DNA of 64,000 nt, taken from assembly GCA_951406725.2 (NCBI GenBank), contig OX597815.1, forward strand, positions 145,948,001 through 146,012,000, in the 5' to 3' direction. Below, one piece after another: positions 14,036 to 27,839 of the stretch. The notes under the pieces are model-generated. The model was not told where the DNA came from, did no database searches, and saw only the letters and a list, made by a program, of their open reading frames with translations. The first letter of the stretch is position 1. Every line of letters begins with the position of its first letter. The stretch comes from Octopus vulgaris (Eukaryota). The position numbers were made by a program, and so were the translations under genes.

Positions 14036-14340
14036 TATTCTTTTACTTGTTTCAGTCATTTGACAGCTGCCATGCTGGAGCCCCGCCTTTAGTCGAACAA
14101 ATCGACCCCAGGACTTATTCAATGTAAGCGTAGTATTTATTCTATCGGTCTTTTTGCCGAACGGCTAAGTAACGGGGACGTAAACACACCAACATCGGTT
14201 TTCAAGCGATGGTGGGGGTACAAACACTGACACAGATACATACATACGACGGATTTCTTCCAATCTCCGTCTGCCAAATCCACTCACAACTCTTTGGTCG
14301 GCGTGAGGTTATAGTAGAAGACACTTGCCCAAGGTGCCAC
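14036..14340 (-). mobile_element. SINE family S2 (CR1-type tail), 5'-truncated
   Basis: Matches the 23191-23587 and 32709-33120 copies; tail ttttacttgtttcagtcatttg. Confidence 0.85.
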
Positions 14341-15334
14341 CTTCACACAATCCGATATATGTCTTCTTATGAGTTGTTTTATCATTTAGGGTTGCTGTAA
14401 CTTCTGACTCAAATATAATAGATTTAGTCATACAGCGTCGGCCAAATGGACAGGATCCTGGGTCGCGACGGTTGCAACTGGATTCAGGCTCTTGGTATTG
14501 ACCACTTGTAATGATACTCTTCCTATTGTGGCAGCATTTATATGATACTTTAACAGAACGACTATTAAATAATTTCCTGTATCTGTGAGTGACTGGAAAG
14601 TGTTTGTCTAGGAGAGACAGAAATCATTTACCAATCTTTTACTATTATACCGTCTCGAAATATAAAATCTGTTTTAGCTGACGATTTTACATCACAAATC
14701 TGGCAAAACAATTACATAAATGTAATATCTCTTACACTGGAAAACGAATGAGTATCGCATTACTTCTCTTGCTATATTCTATAAAAGATTTATTACAATA
14801 AGCGGTGATATCAATATTTGACCTCATTGCGTCACCATGTTCAATCAACATTGTGCTACATAAAATCTCTTTGGCATCGCAACGCTTTATTCAGTGAATA
14901 TGATTCCAGATTTACAGGGATTAATTCGTGCCATTCTGGTATATCTGCTGAGTTTTTCCATCTTATACATTACTGTATAACCTAATATAGTGTTCAGGTA
15001 AAATCATGTCTAATGATATAATGTAATAAGCTTATAAAATAAGTGCTTATGTTTATTTACTACCTAAAACTTCAACTTGAACTGTAATTGAAATAACGCG
15101 GAGTTGTAGCCGTGTTGCAATGGATGGCTATAAGTGGTCTATCATTGAGCTATAGGTGGTCTATCATGTGTGGTAGAAAGAAAGAAGGAATGAACAGGAA
15201 AACGATTGGTATTACTTTTGAGCATGGAATGTATATTTAAACATAATCGCAGATCTGCTACAGTAGAGTTGTTAGAATGGAATGTATGTATGTATGTATG
15301 TATGTATGAATGTATGTATTTACACACACACACA

Positions 15335-15535
15335 TATATGTGTGTGTGTGTGTATGTATGTCTTTGTGTCTATGTTTGTCCCCCACCACCACTTCACAAC
15401 CAGTGTTAGTGTGTTTATGTTCCCGTAGCTTAGCAGCTCGGCAAAATAGACTGATAGAATAAATACCAGGCTTATATAAAAAAGAATTCAGTACTGAGTT
15501 TGTTTAATTCGACTAAAAATTTTCAAGGCGATCCT
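15335..15535 (+). mobile_element. SINE family S2, 3' half
   Basis: gtgtttatgttcccgtagcttagcagctcggcaaaatagactgatagaataa matches the S2 body. Confidence 0.7.
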
Positions 15536-18364
15536 GCGTCTAGCAGCGTTGGTTTACTTAAAGTTACGCCATTAACTTTACACAATCTGGTGGTCACAAT
15601 TCAAAACAGTAGTTTATACAATTGAGGACAAATGTCGCAAAGATGACTATTATGTTTACCAGACCTGTTATTCTGAAAGTTCTTTGAATCAATCCGATCA
15701 CCTATCTTTATTTTAATGCCATCTTAGTAATAAGAAAATAAAAAGATCCATCATTACTTATGTCAAAATGTATATTTCTTTTATGAAGATATAGAAGCCA
15801 CGTGCACTGAAATATAATATTAATTTAAAATGCAACTCTTTTAATTAATAAAAGGTGAACATGAAAAAAAAACCCAACTAAAACTAAAACTGAATAAATA
15901 AAAAATTAAAAACCAAGGAATGTTTCTGAGATTTCTCTCATTAGTACGATGGAATAACTTTTAAGTTAGATTAAATCTACTCTGAATGAAAAACAGATGG
16001 TAATTAACTGAAAAATAGGTCTCCAAACTGGATCACTACATTAAGTTTTACCATGATTGATAGCTTACGTAGATTATTTCTTTACAGGAACAGAAAATAA
16101 AGTAAGGAAGAAAAAGGTAAAAGCGCGTTGACAGTGTCTATAATGTATATAATGCGAACATTATTTTTTTTTCAATTAAAAAACACACAATTCTCCGTCA
16201 CGTTGTGTTGAAAAAACGAACCAACAGAATATTCAATAAACAGTTCATGCACTTTTCCGTTCAAATGCTCTGCAAAGCCGCATAATTCTATTTCAGCAAC
16301 ATTAATCAAATTAATAACCTCTTTCCTTGGGGGAAGCAAATATTGTTTGGTGTTCTATAAAAAAAACTTGTCTCATATAAGTTAAGCTATGGCATCTAAG
16401 TTTAGGTGTTAGCACCGGCTTATACATCACCTCTAGTGTTTCATTTTAGAATTATTTAATGCCTGATTTCATTAATTAAGCAAGTAAGAAATTTGACTAA
16501 TTTTGATGTCCTCATATTGATGGAAGGAGTATAAACCAATTTGATATTACCCCTATTGCTAGACATACGACTCAAAGATATAGAAACACGTATATATACA
16601 AAAGAAGAGACTAAGTTATTGATAAAGATGTTGGTAAATGCAACGTCTTTACTTGTTTAGTTTAGACAAAATAAATTGCTTTTGGACATTTTTCAAGAAT
16701 TCATTAGGAAATTTATATATGGCTGTTTTCCAGTAAAGGTAGCCACCTGAGGAAATTCTTAAAAGAACTTTAAATCGGGAAACAATTATATAGGAATCAA
16801 AATGGTTATGGAGCTAATATATTTTGGAGAAAGATATGAAAGGTTACAAAAAATGTTGCGAGATATTGCAACTACTTCAAGTATTTCAATTGGTAATTTT
16901 TGAATCATGGAGATAAAACAAAGATGGCGCATGCGTCATTTCAATTCGAATGCCTGGAGGTAAAGTAGACATCAGGGATACTCTACGCGAGGCAGAACAT
17001 GCAGGGGCGACTTAATGATTTTGCAGTTACTTTACCTTGGCTATGACTAACGCTATTGAGTTGTAGAGAACTAAATTCTGTTGCTGTCTTGGTGTCACGA
17101 GGGTCTCGCTCTTTAGCCTGAACTCTTTGACAGAATGGATAGCGAGGACTAAATTAGCTGTCACCTGTATTGTATTAGACTACAGTGCTATTAGTCATGC
17201 AGTTGCGAGGTTTGGAAGAATGCTTATTCGACTACAGGAAATATGATAGACATACAATAATTTTAATTTATATTTTATCAAATTTAATTGATGTTTATAC
17301 AAAATGGCGGAAAGAACACTAATCTTCGCAAGAAAAATCACCTTAAAACTGTGTACGGCTATATTAAAACATAAAAATGAATATCTTTCTCCAAGTTGAT
17401 TTTATATTATAGACGTTCACACAGATGCACATATTCACCACTCCTCTCTCTGTCTCTGTCTGTCACTCTCTCGCTCTAGTGTATGCTTTTGTAAATGTAT
17501 ATACTGCTATATATTTATGATTCTATAACTCTCATTGTGTGTGTAACGTTCATTTAATCAATGCCTGCCATTAAGCCTAGTATATGCACTTATTCAGTAC
17601 CTCTTACATTAACTCTATCACTTTATCTCTCATTCTTTCTGCTCCTCTTTTTGTACGATGTATGGCATAACTGGAAAACCCGACTAACCCACCAACCAAC
17701 AGTTGTACCTGCTATTATTACATAGAGATGCTATGTAATATAAAGATAACTGTTACTAGTGAATGTGTATGGCTTGGTAATATGCACATTGCTTTCATTA
17801 ATTGTCATTAGGTCGCAAGCAGACATAGACACTCCCTCGAGTTTCCTACTGTTTGACGCAGTGGTACATCCACGACATGCCATCTAGTGAATAAGTACCA
17901 GCGCTCGATTTAGTACTCATTGAATAGAAAGGAGGAACTTTAAGTGAATTTCTTCGATCAAGAACACAACTCACCAGCAGGTCAACGAATTGAACCCGAG
18001 AAGACCAAATTCGTGAAACAACCTTTCTAATAATTATGCTACTCGCAACAAAATAAAATACAAAGTCGGTTATTCTATAACACATATTACGTTTCTTCTC
18101 TAAGACATCGTCCTAGTAGGATCATAGCCATATCGCACTACACGCTTAGCAGCATTTCTTCCGGTTCTTTACGATTTTAGCTCAAATGCAGCTGATGTAG
18201 ACCTTGCATTTCAGCCTTCGAGACCGATAAAATATGTAGCAGTATATAAGCGACTTCTCCCCCACCTGCGTTATGCCAAATTTAGAAAAAAAATTATGTT
18301 TACTATGCACTGCAAATGAAGTGCCTAAAATGCAAAAAAATTCAATGTATTTCTCGATGCTAGT

Positions 18365-19010
18365 TTCCATCCATCCGTCCGTGTAGCCCACCTACTGTTT
18401 CTGGGAGATTTGCGGGGAAGAGGTCTGAAGTTCTCCCTTATATCACCACACTCACCTGCTAAAATCCTAAGCATGACCAACAGAAGCTATGTATATTAGC
18501 CATCCATCTCGTTCTTGTTCTACTTCCAGTTCTGCCGGTTGCCTCTGCTTGAAGATTCAGTCTTGCGATCCTTTCCAGCAACATTTTAATCACATATCTG
18601 TAGCACCGGAGCAGCGATTTTTTATTGTCGAGAAGTAGTGGCTCCACCTGGAGAGACACCCTGATTCCCGGGCTACGCAACCTGCCAAAAAACGCTACTG
18701 CAAAAATCCCTCAGGGCAACCTTATTTTGGACGCTTGTATTTGCAAACGTCCTCGCTCGGCCATTACATACCATTCATGACCTTAGGTAAGGAAAGGCAC
18801 AAAAAATGCAGATAGAAAGTTTGATTTTCTTACCAACCTCTCTTCTTTTGAAAATCGAATGCTGGAGTTGGAACATTACTGTGCCAGTACCCGCAGCTCT
18901 TGCATTAAATTCAACCTCCTGCTTCTTATTACTCGTGAATACAACCCCAAAATACTTGAAACACTCTAATTTATTGAAATAAATTTCGGTATTCACAAAC
19001 AGCTGTTCTG
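18365..19010 (-). mobile_element. RTE-clade LINE 3' fragment (Expander/Rex3-like), degenerate
   Basis: Peptides FKYFGVVFTSNKKQEVEFNAR..., HEWYVMAERGRLQIQAS, VEPLLL...TGRTGSRTRTRW (RPRGRPRTRW-type motif); (GATG)n-like tail near 18368. Confidence 0.8.
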
Positions 19011-19288
19011 CTTTCAAAATAAATGACTATAAAGAAAGTTACCATTGCTCCCGCTAGTGATGTAAACAAGTATGGTTATATGTGAGGTTCTCTCAATATG
19101 ACTATCACAGAATTCTGTGTTCTAACACAACATCCACTTTTAAGCAGGGATAAATACTACCTTTATGACAGTAAAACTGCTTTTGTCGTTACTACTTATT
19201 TTTAAATAAATATAAATAACTAGATGGAGCCATGACTGCCATCGTTTTCTGAAGTGTTTTCGGAGAATATATAAAGTGAGTTTAGCAA

Positions 19289-19515
19289 GGCAGCGAGCTG
19301 GCAGAAACGTTAGCACACCGGGCGAAACGCGTAGCCGTATTTCGTCTGCTGTTACGTTCTGAGTTCAAATTCCACCGAGGTCGACTTTGCCTTTCATCCT
19401 TTCGGGGTCGATAAATTAAGTACCAGTTACGCACTGGGGTCGATATAATCGACTTAATCCCTTTGTCTATCCTTGTTTGTCCTCTCTGTGTTTAGCCCCT
19501 TGTGGGTAGTAAAGA
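19289..19515 (+). mobile_element. SINE family S3, well-preserved copy with long target-site duplication
   Basis: Head ggcagcgagctggcagaa..gagttcaaattcc; central gaggtcgactttgcctttcatcctttcggggtcgataaattaagtaccag (resembles the Meta-SINE-type domain, from memory); flanked by aatatataaagtga(aa)gttta(g/a)caa at 19266-19288 and 19516-19540. Confidence 0.88.
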
Positions 19516-20695
19516 AATATATAAAGTGAAAGTTTAACAACAGGAAATCGAAACCTAGTTGCAATTTCAACAGGAGGGGATGTTAGTTTCTCCTCACCAA
19601 ACAAAAGTCCAATTACATGAAGTAATTATTTATTTGTTCTTTATGATACGCCGTTTAAAAAAAAAAATCAATTCTAGTTATTCCTTCGATGATTCTGATT
19701 TCTTCTATTCGAAAATATTTCTACTTCATTTTCTTTCCCTCATACCTTCTACAAAACCTCATCTACACACCTCAACCACCAAGCACCATACCTTTTTATT
19801 TCTCTAAAAGTCTTCTTTTCACCCACACCTTCTACGCAGAACAGATTTTATTTCTTCAAAAATCGATTACGGGGTTATGTAAACAACAATCAAATTTAAC
19901 AAATACTTATTTCATTTGATATGAAGTAATAATTTCAAAATATTGACTAATTTCCTGTTAAAGTAGAGTTTATAATTACTGTCTAAAGATCTTGAAAATT
20001 AAACGCAAAAAAGAAAAAAAATGTTTTAATAGCGCTAATGAAATAATTGCTAGGCAAATAGGTATTCTGAATTATACCTTTTTAGAAATATATATTTATT
20101 TTCTTAACGCAAATAGTATTCTTTAACGATTTCCATTTTTACAATAAAACGAAACCTATTAAGTTGGCTCGTAACGCATTTAGCCCAGCGTCTTCTTTTC
20201 TTTCGATTTTAATTGTATATATTAACTTTTCAGTTTTCTAAATCATCGACAAGATGCTTTACGAATTAGGCAGCCATTCTGTGTTCTCAAAAATAGTAGA
20301 ATATAGGCAAGGTTATCTACTTCTGGATCTAACTATTTATCTACATTTGCACACATACACGCATTCACACACACATACACACACACATACGCACATACAT
20401 GCATATATAAAAATAAATATAAAATAAAAACAAACAAAAATGATGAAAGGCCGGGGAAATAGATGAAGTCAGTTTTATTAGTTAGTGCGGTCATTACAAA
20501 ACTAGTTTTACGTTTAGTGTACAAACTAAATAAATCAATTAAAAAAAATTAATTTAATTTAGAAGCACATTTGACGGTCTTCAGTTTTATATACCACATT
20601 TTTTAAAGAATAAATATAAATAACTATAAAATTTATTTAACTTCATTTATCCACCTCAATTCGTAATCCAAGGTATTCAACATTTTATTTTTTTA

Positions 20696-20776
20696 TTTTA
20701 TTTTTAGTTAAAAATCATCGGTCATTCAACACGCATGGAGTTTGGTTTTAACTGCTCTTTCCCCTCTGTTTGTCTT

Positions 20777-20851
<75 letters not shown>

Positions 20852-20889
20852 CCAAACTCCATAATGACCGATGATTTTTAACTAAAAAT

Positions 20890-20893
<4 letters not shown>
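20696..20893. repeat. Inverted repeat enclosing a (TA)n tract
   Basis: 20696-20751 vs 20847-20893 are reverse complements except for an 8-bp indel (caacacgc) and one T. Confidence 0.88.
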
Positions 20894-20926
<33 letters not shown>

Positions 20927-21200
20927 GTGTGTATGTGTGCGTTTGTGTGTATTTCTGGCATTGTTACAAACATTAGAAATAATTTATTGCATGTTTAGAT
21001 GAAAGAGTACGCACACCCTCGGATAACACCGCTTTTGTTGTCTGTATGATAGTTTTGTCTGTTGTATCAACATTGACACAGTTTCCACACCATCCCATCT
21101 ACTAGAGCTCTGGGCTGTCTAATATCCTATGAGTGAATTTGGTAAAAGGAACCCATGTGTAAGCCCATCGCATATATCTGTATGTATGTTTATATATAGT

Positions 21201-21486
21201 GGAGGCACATGGCCTAGTGGTTAGAGCGGTCGAGGGATCGCGGGTTCGAATCTTAGATCGGAAGAAGGGTGTGTTTTGAGCGAAAAACCTAAGCTCCACG
21301 CGGCTCCGGCAGAAGGTAATGGCGAACTTCTGCTGACTCTTTCGCCTCAACTTTCTCTCACTCTTTCCTCCTGCATCTTGCAGCTCACCTGCGACGGACC
21401 GGCGCCCCGTCCAGGTTGGGAACCTATACGCCAAGGAAACCGGGAGACTGGCCCTAGTGAGCCAGGGATGACTCGAGAAGGAACAA
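21201..21486 (+). mobile_element. tRNA-derived SINE family S4, tail type A
   Basis: ggaggcacatggcctagtggttag..ggttcgaatc; body shared with the 60611 copy; tail gaaaccggga..ggccct..tgactcgagaagga. Confidence 0.8.
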
Positions 21487-21489
21487 TCA

Positions 21490-21735
21490 TGTTTGCATGT
21501 GTATGCCTATGAGAGCGTGTCTTTGCATCTGTGTTTGTACCACCTATTGCGCGACGGCCGCTGTAGGTTTGTTTATGACCCATATCTAGCGGTTCGGCAA
21601 AAGTCATCGATAGGATAAGTACCAGACTTTAACAACAAAGCATATAAGTACTGGGCTCGCATCAAGGCGGTGCACCACTGTGGCTGCTGTCCAATGAGTA
21701 AAACAAGTACAGCATAAAAGATATAAGATAAAAGC
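21490..21735 (+). mobile_element. SINE family S2, 3' half
   Basis: tagcggttcggcaaaag..gataggataagtacca..aaggcggtgcacca..aaacaagta..taaaagata. Confidence 0.72.
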
Positions 21736-22288
21736 AAGGCAAACTATAAATGTTGTGTTGCGGCATCTCAGACTGACTGGTTATCCTCATGTGGTGCACA
21801 ACCTAATTAGACAGCGCGTTGCTTTGATTCACAGGTATTAGTGATACTAGCCAAGTCACTTTTAAGACAGACCAGTGTCTTGGCTATGTAAGGTCTTAGC
21901 TTTAAATTATTCTAGATCAACGGCAAATATATTTCAATGATACAAAACATGCTACTGTGTTTCTTCTTTAATCATCTTGAAATTGCTTCTACAACAAAGA
22001 GTGAACATTACCAGACTAGCAACATTCCTGATAGATCGAAACACAATATATTAATTAGATACAGCACTAATTATTGATATATAACTAATGGGTCACAATG
22101 TAACGTGTTCAATCTGACTCTTAGATCTTACAAAAAGCTGATACATCAAATGTGATTTTCCAAGCGATAATAGATATTCTAATTCCTAATCGATTATTAA
22201 AACAAATGTGTTGTTTGCTGATATGATTTATGGGTTCAGAATAAATCTTCTTATAGTACTACGACAAAAATAATTATCAACTACATAG

Positions 22289-22388
<100 letters not shown>

Positions 22389-22719
22389 ACAAACAAACAT
22401 ATATGTATGTATGCACGCTCACACACACATATACGTTTCACTTAAACATTGCCATATCAATAACCTAATGTAGAACTCAGTATCCTTATGCTTCAGAAGG
22501 CAGCGTTAATCGAATACAGAGCGGTAATAAGAAAAAAGAGATGACAAAGGAATAAGCGATTATCTTAAGAACATCATTAGCTAACAGCTGTTACCGATAT
22601 ATGATACGGTGGACTCTACGAAGATAAGTATCTCAGATAAGTATAATTTCATCGGAGCCCCAAACATTAAATAACTTTGTCACCCCTTTTACTCATATTT
22701 ATATATATATATGTTGTTG

Positions 22720-24271
22720 GATTTTGGGACGGTCAATTTTTTTGCCAAATAAACACTATATGTTCGTTCTTCACTCGTTTATTAATCATGCCCATTGTCC
22801 GGCAATCTTTCGTTACACATCATCCACGCTTTCCATATTCGTGTATGCTCTTGCTCTGCTTATTCCATTCCGTTCCTCTATGATGTCTATCCTTATATGC
22901 GCCTGCGCCTGTATTTATGTGTGTGTGTGTCATTGAGCGTAGTAGTACTATGAACCGCCTCTCAGCCCCATCCCTTACCCCTTTGCAACCGGTGCTGCCC
23001 TTGAACCCAACTTTTTGTACCGTTCTTGCAACTCACTGTTTGTGTGTTCGCGCACGCTGCTGCTATCGTGGGAGTTATTGTTGTTGTTGCCATTGTTGTT
23101 AGTCGTATTGTTGATATTGTTGCGGCCGTCTCTAAAGTAACGTATATGTGTTTCTGTGTGTATATGGGTTCGCTTTCTATCCGTACCCTTTCTTTTACTC
23201 TCTTTTACTTTTTCAGTAATTTGACTGCGGCCATGTTGGAGCACTGCCTTTAGTCGAGCAAATCGGCCCCTAGTACTTATTATATCGGTCTCTTTTTGCC
23301 GAACCGCTAAGTCACGGGGACGCAAACACACCAGCATTGGTTGTCAAGTCATGTTGGTGGAAGGTGGGGAGGGGCGAACAGATACACAAACACACACACA
23401 CACACACAGACATATACATATATACGACGGGCTTCTTTCAGTTTTCGTCTACCAAATCCACTCACAAGTCTTTGATCGGTCCGAGGCTATAGTAGAAGAC
23501 ACTGGCCCAAGGTGCCACGCAGTGGGACTGAACCCGGAACTATGTGTTTGGTAAGGAAGCTACTTACCACACAGCCACTCCTGCGCCTATATTGTTTTAC
23601 AGTTTATCTTCTTTTTGTCTCTAATTTTCATTTTGTAAAAAATTTTATTTATCGCAGGTATGTGCATATATATGCACGTATCTATGATAAATAAAAAATA
23701 CAAACAAAATGCTGTATAAAGGGCACGGATACAAACAACATAGAAAGCGAACCCATATAAAAAAACAAACACGCTTACGGTAACGCCACAGACAGCCGCA
23801 ACAATATCAACAACACGACAAACAACAACGACAAGAATAACAACAACAATGATAACTGCTACGCGGGTAGCAGCGTAGACGAACACACAACACAGTGAGT
23901 TACAAGAACGGTAGAAAAAGTTGAGCTCAGAGGCAGCAGCAGCAGCGGCAACAGGGTAGGGGATAGGAGTGAGGGGAGGGTCATAGTGCCTCTAAGAACA
24001 ATGACACACGCATATACACACAAATATGTTTACATACACACATGTACAAACACAGACGCATGGGCATATAAAGATACACATGGAAGAACGGAATGGAATA
24101 AGCAGAGCACGAAGATGGGAGGCGTCGCTGAGGCGGTGACAGATGTGTGACGAAAGCGTGCCGGACAGTGGACATGAGTTAGAATAAGAGCAGTAATGAA
24201 CGAGTGAAGAACGAATATACAGTGCGTGTGCTTATTTGGCAAAAAGAAAAAAAAAAATGACCATCACAAAT
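22720..24271. mobile_element. Foldback (long-TIR, non-coding) element with a SINE nested in the left arm
   Basis: 22720-23190 is the diverged reverse complement of ~23717-24271; palindromic centre near 23669 (tttatttatc..gtgcatatatatgcac..gataaataaa). Confidence 0.82.
23191..23587 (-). mobile_element. SINE family S2, full length
   Basis: Minus strand: ggcgcaggagtggctgtgtggtaag (A box), gggttcagtcccactgcgtggcaccttgggc (B box plus CORE-like), internal (TA/TG)n, tail ggcagtgctccaacatggccgcagtcaaattactgaaa..agtaaaaga. Confidence 0.9.
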
Positions 24272-25779
24272 GTAGGTATGCGTAATTGTATGTATTTTCC
24301 TGAGTACATACGCACCTTTGCTCCTATCTATAGCTATAAATTAAATGCGAGATTATCCATGGTTTCAGTTGATATATCAGAAACTGCATTAAAATTTACC
24401 TCAAATTGATACTGATACTCTCATAATGGAAAGGTACACTGTAAAATGTGTAGAGTGGTACCACTGTCAATATAAATTTGTAATAAACGGGGTTGAAAAA
24501 TTTGAGGTCAGTTGAGACTGGATGAACGTACGGAAAATGTTACAACCATATCAAATAGAATAAGGGTAAATTCTACAAAGAGAGAAAAGAATGTATAGCA
24601 AAGACTCCAGTTACAGCAGAAGATGCAGTTGTGCCGATATGGTAAACACTGTAATATTTGAAGAATTTGAACGCTAAGCCTGGTGGGATGAGCCAAAACC
24701 TGGGTCCCTAAATAGTCCACAAAGACTATGAGTTAGAGTACTCATAGTGTTAACATTTTGTCAATGAATATGTCATTCTCCGAAAGTTGAAATGCAACAG
24801 GATTCGATCAATGATTCTCAATCAAATCAGAAAAGTTAAAAAGCAAATATGAAAGCATACACAATAAGGAAAAAAATATATACTTTCTTAAAGTTTCGCT
24901 ATTTCTGAAAACTCCGTGGAAAACTTTGAACAAACAGAAACTTTGCTTGATTAGGTGCAAGGCCAATTTTAAATAGGAATCATATACGCGGCTGCATGGA
25001 ATCAAGTGCTTATTTTTTCATGAATGAACAAGTATTTGAACATGGCAGCCAGATAAGCAAAAATAATTACTTACAATAGAAACTTCAGCCAGACGACCTC
25101 TAGTCTCAGTTATGTTTGTTCATTCCCATCCCTCACTCCCAGAAAAAACGAAAAAAAAAACCTCTTATCTAAGCAGAACATGCTTGACGATCGTATATTT
25201 TAAACCCATACATCAAATGAAACTGTCCATGTATATTAAATGTGATAAAGTAAGATTGAGCTTCAAGAAGACGGTCGGCAAATAAATTGATTGAGTGTTT
25301 CAATAGCTCTAATATAAATATTAGTGCACTGTATTTGTGGATGGACACAACGCCTTTCCACCGATTCAACATGATAAATTGACTAAAGTCTAGTCTTTTA
25401 TTTTGCCTTATATTGCCTTACTATGCACAGCACTCAGATATGATTGACAATTGTAATGGTTAACAACGGAGAACATACACATCGAGGTTACCGCTGTAGA
25501 TCACCACCCTAAATGGAATAAATGTCACAATATTGGTTGCTTAGATAAACACAAAGTTTCTAATTCTTGGATATAGGGGATTAGATAGGGTCCTTGTTCT
25601 GATTTATAACCCAAAATATTATACCATACATCCAGAGACAGACAGACATATGGCGTAATTAGGCCAATACGTATCAATACACTCCACTCCTTTGAATATT
25701 TAACATTGTGACGCATAAATACTGTAGTAAATATTATAACGCACACACACATGCATATACACGCAGCGTACATGCACGC

Positions 25780-25811
<32 letters not shown>

Positions 25812-25952
25812 TTCACACACTTCATTTAGATATCTCAGACGACAATGTCGCACAAGTCCTCGGCTCTGTGCAATAATTATTTGTTTCATAAAAAGCTGTA
25901 AGATAACGAAAGTGATTACATAACACCTATTCTTTTGTGATTCAAACACACA

Positions 25953-25991
<39 letters not shown>

Positions 25992-26381
25992 ATATATATA
26001 TATATGTATCTATATACGTGTGTGTGAGTGCGACAGCTGAAGCGGTCACTGGTGTATATATATGTCATCGTCTCACGGCATGAGCAGCTCTTGTTTAGTT
26101 AGCAGAGAGGAAATCAAGAGGCTGTAACGAAGACATAAAACTGCTTCTCCATGTACTGAGCGTAATTTCTTCGTTTGATTTACCCGAACCTATCATGATG
26201 AAGGAATCGGAAGACTCGTGTATCTAATTGCATCTAAATCAACATTTAGTTTGTTATTACTGTCAACTTGGCAGGAATATAGAGGTTGACAGGATTTATT
26301 GGGTTTGGTGTTAGCTACCAATTACCTGGTCGATTTGCAATATACATAGGCATAAATATATAACCACACAAACACGCACAA

Positions 26382-26432
<51 letters not shown>

Positions 26433-26433
<1 letters not shown>

Positions 26434-26960
26434 TTGGTGTAATTGATAATTATCCCTAATTAATTAATTTCACCCTTTATTATTACTGATAACCATATTT
26501 TATCCCAGTAAATGACCGCAGCATTTTGTCTTGGCTACACGCGGGTGGAAGGGGGCTGGTGACACAAACTTTCATTCAAACTTTGAATTTCGTGGTACTG
26601 GTCATGCTTTGGCTCGCTCTGACACTGAGTTGAGATGATGCATTCTAGTATCTCAAAATTTAATATACAATTATTCATAATTGTGGTATCCTGCGCCGAT
26701 GAGAGAAGAAGTTTGGGTAAAGTAGAATTTTCTAATTCTTATGCTATCCTAAACGTACGTCCGTAGGTAACTTAAAATTGCATGATAGATTGCCGTCATT
26801 TCATTCTTTCTTTCTTACCTGTCTGTGTTTGCCTTTCAGGTGCTGTGTTTTTACTGAGATCCCCCTTTTAGTAGAAGGAATAGCTATATCTCTTTGACTG
26901 CTATTTCTAAATTCGGTGTGTTGGTGAGGCAATTCGTTGCTAAACCCTTAATTACTTAGT
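26433..26960 (+). mobile_element. ~530-bp TA-embedded non-coding unit (pLTR-like) with intron-like segment
   Basis: Both ends match the 27590-27843 insert in reverse and in permuted order; ag|gtaact...ttgcctttcag|g at 26767-26839. Confidence 0.55.
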
Positions 26961-27051
26961 ATATATATATATATACATATATATACATATATATACATAA
27001 ATATACATATATATATATATATATTTTTTTTTATTTTATTATATAGAAGGA

Positions 27052-27100
27052 GCTTCTACAGGACTAGAACTGTTTCATTCAAGAGAAATCTTCAGGGAGT
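27052..27100 (-). ncRNA. Minimal type-I hammerhead ribozyme motif (stems I and II imperfect)
   Basis: Minus strand: acucc-CUGAAGA-uuuc-ucuu-gaau-GAA-ACAG-uucuaguc-CUGU-A-gaagc; intact core, stem III ACAG/CUGU, GUA cleavage triplet at 27059-27057. Confidence 0.7.
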
Positions 27101-27140
27101 ACCTTATTTACTGTGGTTAACCCCGAATCAACCCGGGACC

Positions 27141-27198
<58 letters not shown>

Positions 27199-27245
27199 TA
27201 TACATATATATATATATATACATATATATACATATATATACATAC

Positions 27246-27322
<77 letters not shown>

Positions 27323-27341
27323 GAGAGAATGAAAAACAATA

Positions 27342-27499
27342 TTTTCACTCTTTCTCTGTTTAATTTTCTCTTATGCCTTTCCGTTGAAGAGCGTAGGCTC
27401 ATAAATTTTGCATTTTTGCATTTTTCACGAGTGTCAAACTAATACACTTGCATGTTGTTCATACACTTGTCATCGTCTTTTTGTTTTTCTACAAGTTTC

Positions 27500-27503
<4 letters not shown>
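27342..27503 (+). mobile_element. Mini-element of the 63.2/63.6 kb family, hammerhead decayed
   Basis: ccttt-ccgttgaa-gagc-gtag-gctc then GAAAC lost; downstream actaatacact..tcgtcttttt matches the family. Confidence 0.65.
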
Positions 27504-27573
<70 letters not shown>

Positions 27574-27589
27574 ACATATTCATTACAGA

Positions 27590-27839
27590 TATAGGGTGAA
27601 AGATAATTAATTTAATAAAATCAACAAATTTCACCTAGTAGTATTTCGGTATGGAAAAGGACCATATTCGGTAAAAACTAATATAATTATAACGATAAAG
27701 GTTTGCAACAAGTTGCTTGACCACATACCGAAAATTTTAGAAATAGCAGCCAAAGGACTACCATTTCCTTTTTCTACAAAAATATGTCTCCACAGACAAC
27801 AATATTTGTAACTCACTATGGCTACCAAGTAAACTCACG

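Noticed and set aside
16921-17312. YY1-like (aagatggcg, aaaatggcgg) and NRF1-like (gcgcatgcg) motifs suggesting a promoter
   Set aside because: Short motifs only; no CpG island, associated exon or other support
24560-24700. Possible RTE endonuclease remnant (..LNAKPG)
   Set aside because: Single weak motif with frameshifts
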